A stretch of 32,305 nt of DNA from Candidatus Bipolaricaulota bacterium (GTDB taxonomy: Bacteria > Bipolaricaulota > Bipolaricaulia > RBG-16-55-9), in NCBI GenBank assembly GCA_015487455.1, contig WFPR01000047.1, positions 1 to 32,305 on the forward strand, in the 5' to 3' direction. Below, piece after piece: positions 27,371 through 32,305 of the stretch. The first letter of the stretch is position 1, and every line of letters begins with the position of its first letter. Below the pieces are notes generated by a model. That model was not told the origin of the DNA. It saw nothing but the letters and a program-made list of their open reading frames with translations, and made no database searches. The position numbers and the translations under genes are program-made.

Positions 27371-28021
27371 CTAAAGCCCCTCCAGGTGGCAGGTGTCGTT
27401 GAGGACGCGGATGACGAGCCCCTCGGGCTCCTGCTGGATCAGCGTGATCCCGCAGTTGCTGACGGCGAACCCGAAGCTGACGAACGCCTCCCCGTCGCGG
27501 AAGCGGGGCGCGCCCCGCTGGAGCACCCACTCGACGATGTGGCGGATCGGGCCGCCGTGGGCCACGATCGCGACCGTCCCCCCCGGGTGGCCCGCCAAAA
27601 TCTCCCGGAAGGCCCGGACGGCCCGCTCGTAGAGCTGCTGCACGCTCTCGCCGCCCTCGGGCCGGAAGCGAAGCGGGTCGGCGTGGCGCGGCGCGTCCTC
27701 CCGGAACGCCTCGGGGAAGCGCTCCCTCAGATCTTCAAAGCGATAGCCCTGCCAGTGGCCGTAGTGCAGCTCCCTCAGATCCCGACGTCGAACGATCTCG
27801 GGGGGATGGGGCTGGCGGCGGGCGATGATCTGAGCCGTCTCGACGGCCCGCGAGAGATCGCTGCTGTAGATGACGTCCAAGCGCTCAGGGGCCAGGCGTT
27901 CGGCGGTCCGCTCGGCCTGCCGCCGCCCCCGCTCGTTCAAGGGGATGTCCATCTGGCCCATGCAGATCTCGTCGCGGTTCCAGTCCGTCTCGCCGTGGCG
28001 GATGAGGTAGACGCGGGTCAT
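27371..28021 (-). CDS. Histidine phosphatase family protein (phosphoglycerate mutase / alpha-ribazole phosphatase-like)
   Basis: N-terminal VYLIRHGETDWN, ..RGRRQA.., SSDLSRA, and VAHGGPIR (catalytic His). ATG 28021; the longer track ORF adds an implausible N-terminus. Confidence 0.88.
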   Translation of the reverse strand: MTRVYLIRHGETDWNRDEICMGQMDIPLNERGRRQAERTAERLAPERLDVIYSSDLSRAVETAQIIARRQPHPPEIVRRRDLRELHYGHWQGYRFEDLRERFPEAFREDAPRHADPLRFRPEGGESVQQLYERAVRAFREILAGHPGGTVAIVAHGGPIRHIVEWVLQRGAPRFRDGEAFVSFGFAVSNCGITLIQQEPEGLVIRVLNDTCHLEGL

Positions 28022-28036
28022 GGTCGTGAGGCGCGC

Positions 28037-28042
28037 ATTATA
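28037..28042 (-). promoter_or_regulatory. Perfect TATAAT -10 box upstream of the histidine phosphatase gene
   Basis: The minus strand reads TTGTATAAT, then 15 nt to ATG 28021. There is no SD and no good -35. The TAA stop of the protease gene lies inside the box. Confidence 0.4.
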
Positions 28043-28472
28043 CAAGTTCAACAGGAGTAAAGCGAATTTGCCTTTGAGGCTCGTCGAAGCAGACCTCAAA
28101 TTGCGAGAACACATCGGCTCGCCCTAGGAGGTTGAACCCGACCCCGAGCTTCTCGGAGAAGCCGACCCGGGCCGACAGCCGAACATCCCCGATTTGCAGC
28201 TCCACTCGGTGGAGATACGTCGGAATCGAGCTACCGTCACCGACCTGAACGTAAATCAGCCGTCCCGCTCGATAGTCAAATCCTGCCCCCTCGGCGATGC
28301 CCGCGTGAAACAGCGTATAAGTGGCTCCAGAATCAACGTAAGCTTCTAAGGGATACCAGCGACGGTCCAGCCGCAGGCCCAGGGGAATTAAGGGCAAAAG
28401 GTGACCACGGACCCTTTTATACTCGAACACAATCGGCTTCCCTGCGCCTCGACGAGTCACTCGACGAGCCAT
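28038..28472 (-). CDS. Retropepsin-like (clan AA) single-domain aspartic protease
   Basis: Active-site motif LEAYVDSGATYTLF and a downstream FNLLGRADVF (retropepsin-type G-R-D/N). About 130-144 aa. ATG 28472 has no SD; the alternative GTG 28430 is preceded by AGGGAAG. Lower G+C than the flanks. Confidence 0.7.
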   Translation of the reverse strand: MARRVTRRGAGKPIVFEYKRVRGHLLPLIPLGLRLDRRWYPLEAYVDSGATYTLFHAGIAEGAGFDYRAGRLIYVQVGDGSSIPTYLHRVELQIGDVRLSARVGFSEKLGVGFNLLGRADVFSQFEVCFDEPQRQIRFTPVELV

Positions 28473-28716
28473 TTGGGCTGAGCAGGAGAGCCTGAAGGTC
28501 CTCTTCCCGGGGCACGCGGAAGACCAACGGCATGGGCTTGAGCTTGCGGCGACGCACTTCTTGATAGACTTCGGCCTCCGTGTTGCCGACAGCGACGATG
28601 CGGCCTTGCTGAATGGCCACGACCCTTCCGGCGTACTGCGCCACAAGCCCCTCAAGGTGCTCCTGAAGCCATTCGTCCTCCGCGCGCAGGCGCGCCTGCA
28701 AATGCTTTACAGTCAT
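28417..28716 (-). CDS. Small protein resembling DUF5678 (99 aa), partner of the retropepsin-like protease
   Basis: EWLQEHLEGLVAQYAGRVVAIQQGRIVAVGNTEAEVYQEVRRR..PLVFRVP matches, from memory, the DUF5678 pattern (..KY.GKWVAI.DGKVVA.G.t.eEv..ka......p.i.rvp). Its 3' tail overlaps the protease ORF. Confidence 0.5.
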   Translation of the reverse strand: MTVKHLQARLRAEDEWLQEHLEGLVAQYAGRVVAIQQGRIVAVGNTEAEVYQEVRRRKLKPMPLVFRVPREEDLQALLLSPNGSSSDSSRRREADCVRV

Positions 28717-28747
28717 TTTCGTAAAGCCCGTGAAGAGCGTAAGGCAA

Positions 28748-28791
28748 AACCGGGAGGGGCGCAACGTCCAACTGTAGCGCCCCTCCCGGTT
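28748..28791 (-). terminator. Intrinsic terminator of the acylase gene
   Basis: A perfect 15-bp inverted repeat, AACCGGGAGGGGCGC (28748-28762) and GCGCCCCTCCCGGTT (28777-28791), with a 14-nt loop. On the minus strand the stem runs into TTTTGCC. It lies 17 nt after the acylase stop. Confidence 0.7.
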
Positions 28792-28807
28792 CACCCCCTC
28801 TGCAACG

Positions 28808-31774
28808 TCAGCGGCGGTACAGCGGCAGGAAGTCCTGCCAGGACTCCGCAAGGGCGTCGACGGCCAGTCGGTCCGTGGGGATCGGGTGGAGCCGGTTGGC
28901 GAGCCAAAGCGGGAACTGGTCGCCGTAGTGCTTGGCGCCGGGGACGCCGCTCTGCCCGCCTGCTAGGACGTTCAGGATGGTAACGCCCTGGGGGCTCAGC
29001 TCGGCGACGAACCGCCGCGACGGCCCCGACTTAAACCCAAAATCTTGGGGCTTGGCGCCGCGGACGCTCGGATCGGAGCGGTCGACGACCTGGTAGCCGC
29101 CGTCGACGGGCACCCCCTCGCCGTCGGGCGGGAGGTCGAACGGGCCGCCGAAGCGGGCCACGTGCCGCAGCACGATGCGGTGGAGCTTCCCCCAGCGGTA
29201 GTCGTCGAGGGTCGTCGAGCCGCCGAAGGCCGACGCGAACGTCTCGCTCGCCAGCAGGTCGAGGGCCTCCTTCAGGCTCTGGAGCAGCACGAGGTCGCGG
29301 GCCACCGCGGGCGGAAGGTCCGCTTTCGCCCGGTCGGGCACGGCGAACAGGGGCAGCCCCGAGGCCCCCTTCCCGCCCAGCGCCTCAAAGTTCTCCAGGT
29401 GGTGGATGAGCGCCTTCACGGCGAAGTGGCCGCCGGGCTTGGGGAGCCGCGGCGAGATCGCGCCGAGCACGCCGTCCACGGTGTTCGCGACGAGCCGCGC
29501 GAGCCAGACGTGGAAGATCGTCGTCGCGACGCTGTCCCGGATCTGCTCGGGCGTCGGCGGGACGCCCGCGGGCTTCCCCCAGTCGAAGCCCTCCGTCAGC
29601 CCCGTCGGGGTGTCGAAGCTCCAGCTCCTCAGATACTGGGCCGCCTTCGCGATCCGCGGGTCCTTAAGGAACGCCTTGAGGGCGGGGGGCGCCTGGGGCG
29701 AGCGGGCCGCCTCGATCGCGTCGAGCAGGAAGGGCACCAGCCGCATGGCCGCCCGGACCGTGACGTCGGCCAGAAACGCCTGGGCGTCCTCGACGGTGAG
29801 CTTGCGGCCCTGCCGCAGGGCCTCGCGGATGCGCGCCGTCAGCTGCGCGGCCCGGTAGCCCGGATCGTAGCTGTAGTTCAAGTAGTAGAGCCCGCCCGTG
29901 GGGCGGAGCTGGTTGAGCGGGTCGTTGTCCAGCGTCGTGCCCACGGGGTCGTTGTTCGCGTTCACGATGAAGCCCGCGGGCGGGTTCACGATCTGGGGCA
30001 TCTCGTCCAGGGGCAGCGTCTTGAACGGGAAGGGGTCGCCGTCGGGCTCCGGCTCGGGCACCCACTCGTGCTGCAGCTCGCCCGTCCCGTCGCGCACGAA
30101 GAACGGCGGGATCAGATCCACGAAGCCCTGCTCCAGATCCTCCCGGAGGGGCACCTTCCCGCTGGTGAAGTAGGCGATGGTGCCGTCCACGTCCGCGTAG
30201 CCCCAGTTGAACGTCCCGACGTCGAAGACCTTTAAGCCTTCCTTGAAGTCCTCCAGGTTGCGGGCTCGGTTCCAGATGCGGAACGTGAGCAGCTCGCGGG
30301 TGGGGTAGAACCCGGTGAACTTGAGCGTGAGGGCCTCGCCCGCCTCGAGGTCGAGCTGCACGATGGGGCCGTGGCGCGGCACGATCAGCGTGGCTCGGGG
30401 CAGCCGCTCGTCCTGGGCGGGCACGACCGTGTCGGGCTGCCCGTCCCCGATGACGTTCACCCTGAACTCCTCGGGAACGATCTGGATGGGCTCCCGCTCG
30501 CCGCGGAAGACGCTGTAGAGCCGCCCCTGCTCGTCCACGACGATCCTCTCCCTGTACATGTCGCTGACGTCCAGGGGGTTGGTCGTGGGCGCCCAGCAGA
30601 CGCGCTCGGTGCAGCCCAGCAGCACGTAGGGCACGCCGGGCAGCGTCACGCCCGCGACGTTCAGCTCGCCTTCAATCACCTGGTGCATCTCGTACCAGAT
30701 CGCGGGGTTCGTCAGCGAGAGGTGCGGGTCGTTCGCGAGGATGGGGGCCCCGCTTTGAGTGTGCTCGCCCGAGATCACAAACCAGTTGCTGCCGGGGCGC
30801 TCGCCCGGCCCCGCCGTCAGGTGGCGGAAGAGCGGGCGCGGGATCGGCAGCCGCTCCAGCTCCTTGAGCCGCTCCCAGAACGCCCGCAGCAGCCGCTGCG
30901 TCGTGGGCGTGGACGAGAGCCGCTCCGCGAGGGCGCGCAGCTCCTCAAGGCGCGGCCCCCCTTTCTCTGACGTCGACGTCGAATTTAACGAAGCCGGGAA
31001 GCCACGCGCGGTCGGCGCGGCCGTCGCGGGCTTTTGGGCTTCAGGGATGACGGCCACGGGCTCGGCGGGGGCGCTCCGCCAGAGATCCTCGAAGAAGAGC
31101 GCGGCCCCGTCAAGCCCGATCTGGCTTAAGGCGTTCACGTAGCTCAGGAACGCGAGCGTCGGCCCGGCGTCGATGTCCAGCGACTGGTCGAACGCGATCG
31201 CCTTCCCGACGGTCAGCGAGTCGACGGCCGTCCAGGGCTCCACGGTCTGGATCTCCAGGAGGGCGTACTCGGGCGGGAGCTGGCCCGTCTCCTGGGCGTA
31301 GCGGATGAAGGCGTTGACCCCGGCGGCGAACGCCTCGGCCTCGGCCCGAACTTCCGGGGGCATCGCCTCGAGGCTCGCCTGGGCGGCCCGGCGAATCCCC
31401 AGCGTCCGCATCTGGACGTCGCTGGGGAGCGCGTCGGGGCCGAGCAACTCGGCCAGGGTGCCGCTGGCCTGCCGCCTTAGGACGTCCATCTGGAACAGGC
31501 GGTCGCGGGCCTGGACGAAGCCGGTCACCACGTAGAGGTCGTGCAGGTTGCGGGCGTAGATGTGGGGCACGCCGTAGACGTCCGTGATGACGAAGGCGGG
31601 CTCCTGTAGCTCGGCCAGCACCTGCGGGGGCAGGAGCTGCGGCGCGCCCCCGCCGTCCCCCGCGGCCCGCCCGTCGACGGGAACCAAGGCCGACGAGGAG
31701 GCGACACCCAGCAGCAGTCCCGCGATCATCAACGCACTCACCAGTCGGGAGAGTCGAGCGATGCGCTTCGGCAT
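28808..31774 (-). CDS. Penicillin amidase / acyl-homoserine-lactone acylase family protein (Ntn hydrolase, peptidase S45), secreted, 988 aa
   Basis: Signal peptide MPKRIARLSRLVSALMIAGLLLGVASSSA. DVYGVPHIYA..DRLFQMD. Predicted autoprocessing nucleophile in GSNWFVISG..APILANDPHL. ATG 31774 has a GAAGGAGG SD. The N-terminal part of ORF 28808..32203 is antisense to pyrE and is an artefact. Confidence 0.88.
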   Translation of the reverse strand: MPKRIARLSRLVSALMIAGLLLGVASSSALVPVDGRAAGDGGGAPQLLPPQVLAELQEPAFVITDVYGVPHIYARNLHDLYVVTGFVQARDRLFQMDVLRRQASGTLAELLGPDALPSDVQMRTLGIRRAAQASLEAMPPEVRAEAEAFAAGVNAFIRYAQETGQLPPEYALLEIQTVEPWTAVDSLTVGKAIAFDQSLDIDAGPTLAFLSYVNALSQIGLDGAALFFEDLWRSAPAEPVAVIPEAQKPATAAPTARGFPASLNSTSTSEKGGPRLEELRALAERLSSTPTTQRLLRAFWERLKELERLPIPRPLFRHLTAGPGERPGSNWFVISGEHTQSGAPILANDPHLSLTNPAIWYEMHQVIEGELNVAGVTLPGVPYVLLGCTERVCWAPTTNPLDVSDMYRERIVVDEQGRLYSVFRGEREPIQIVPEEFRVNVIGDGQPDTVVPAQDERLPRATLIVPRHGPIVQLDLEAGEALTLKFTGFYPTRELLTFRIWNRARNLEDFKEGLKVFDVGTFNWGYADVDGTIAYFTSGKVPLREDLEQGFVDLIPPFFVRDGTGELQHEWVPEPEPDGDPFPFKTLPLDEMPQIVNPPAGFIVNANNDPVGTTLDNDPLNQLRPTGGLYYLNYSYDPGYRAAQLTARIREALRQGRKLTVEDAQAFLADVTVRAAMRLVPFLLDAIEAARSPQAPPALKAFLKDPRIAKAAQYLRSWSFDTPTGLTEGFDWGKPAGVPPTPEQIRDSVATTIFHVWLARLVANTVDGVLGAISPRLPKPGGHFAVKALIHHLENFEALGGKGASGLPLFAVPDRAKADLPPAVARDLVLLQSLKEALDLLASETFASAFGGSTTLDDYRWGKLHRIVLRHVARFGGPFDLPPDGEGVPVDGGYQVVDRSDPSVRGAKPQDFGFKSGPSRRFVAELSPQGVTILNVLAGGQSGVPGAKHYGDQFPLWLANRLHPIPTDRLAVDALAESWQDFLPLYRR

Positions 31775-31815
31775 GGAAACCTCCTTCAAGGGCGCCTCAC
31801 GCTGGGTTTGTCCCC

Positions 31816-31845
31816 ACTGTAGCACCTTGCGCCCGCCCGCGTCAA
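31816..31845 (-). promoter_or_regulatory. Candidate promoter of the acylase gene (TTGACG-18 nt-TACAGT)
   Basis: Minus strand: TTGACG (31845-31840), 18-nt spacer, TACAGT (31821-31816). It lies about 40 nt upstream of the ATG. Confidence 0.4.
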
Positions 31846-31900
31846 TCCCGTAGACTCGCCCCACAATACCGCAACGGGATGAAGACGAGAAGCCGATGAG

Positions 31901-32305
31901 ATGAGGGAGATCGCCCGCGCGCTGATCGAGACGGGGGCCGTGCTGATCCGCCCGGACGAGCCGTTCACGCTGGCCTCGGGGCGCAAGTCGCCCGTCTACG
32001 TCGACTGCCGTCGGCTGATCTCCTTTCCCGACGTCGTGAAGCGCGTCACCCGAGCGTTCGCCCGGATTGCTGAAGAGCGAATCGGGCTTCAAGGCTTCGA
32101 GGTGATCGCGGGCGGGGAGACGGCGGGCATCCCGTTCGCCGCGTTCCTCGCGTATGAGCTGGGCAAGCCCATGATCTACGTCCGCAAGGCGCCCAAGGGC
32201 CACGGGCGGGGCTCACAGATCGAGGGGGTGCTCGAGGAGGGACAGCGGGTGGTGCTCGTCGAGGACCTCGTCACGGACGGGGGGAGCAAGCTCGCGTTCA
32301 TCGAG
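31901..32305 (+). CDS. pyrE: Orotate phosphoribosyltransferase, N-terminal 135 codons; the 3' end lies outside the window
   Basis: My own translation from ATG 31901 (not in the ORF track, because there is no stop in the window) is MREIARALIETGAVLIRPDEPFTLASGRKSPVYVDCRRL..EVIAGGETAGIPFAAFLA..VVLVEDLVTDGGSK. It carries the PRPP-binding motif. Confidence 0.9.
   Translation, partial: MREIARALIETGAVLIRPDEPFTLASGRKSPVYVDCRRLISFPDVVKRVTRAFARIAEERIGLQGFEVIAGGETAGIPFAAFLAYELGKPMIYVRKAPKGHGRGSQIEGVLEEGQRVVLVEDLVTDGGSKLAFIE

Noticed and set aside
28417-28472. Programmed frameshift fusing the DUF5678-like ORF to the protease (gag-pro style).
   Set aside because: The protease is in the +1 frame, not the -1 frame used by retroviral and IS gag-pro junctions. 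I see no slippery heptamer or downstream structure in the overlap. An internal GTG (28430) with an SD-like AGGGAAG offers a simpler explanation. It is kept only as a remark under the main finding.

Overview
Gene-dense, high-GC bacterial chromosomal segment (about 70% G+C in a hand-counted coding block). It is almost entirely housekeeping. The organisation looks Firmicutes- or Symbiobacterium-like: a CIRCE-controlled hrcA-grpE-dnaK-dnaJ operon, ptb-buk, tryptophanase, and several 4-nt ATGA/GTGA gene overlaps. I support 32 CDS: rqcH (5'-partial), rhomboid, secG, oppD/oppF-type ATPases, rdgB, a HicB-like orphan, dnaJ, dnaK, grpE, hrcA, mutM, tpiA, an SPFH/stomatin protein, tnaA, a DUF402-like protein, an MBL hydrolase, icd, an HD dNTPase-like protein, ptb, buk, a 2-oxoacid dehydrogenase E2, lipB, ybaN, a VWA-PKD surface protein, an alpha/beta hydrolase, chorismate mutase, a histidine phosphatase, a retropepsin-like protease, a DUF5678-like small protein, a penicillin-acylase family protein and pyrE (3'-partial). 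I found no rRNA, tRNA, CRISPR array, transposase or integrase. Most long ORFs in the six-frame track that lie antisense to, or extend upstream of, these genes are high-GC artefacts. Four items deserve a second look. (1) A visibly low-GC two-gene islet at 28038-28716 encodes a small DUF5678-like protein overlapping a single-domain DSGA aspartic protease. (2) The only large non-coding gap (14584-14889) contains a 183-nt element closed by a 16-bp helix, with a promoter-like site on the minus strand. (3) Imperfect hexanucleotide microsatellites, many CAA-based, are inserted in frame at termini and linkers of unrelated housekeeping proteins, and short tandem repeats sit exactly on gene junctions. 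(4) A HicB-like orphan is grafted onto the end of the dnaK operon. Start codons are best guesses from SD/promoter context. All homology calls come from motif recognition by eye, not from searches.
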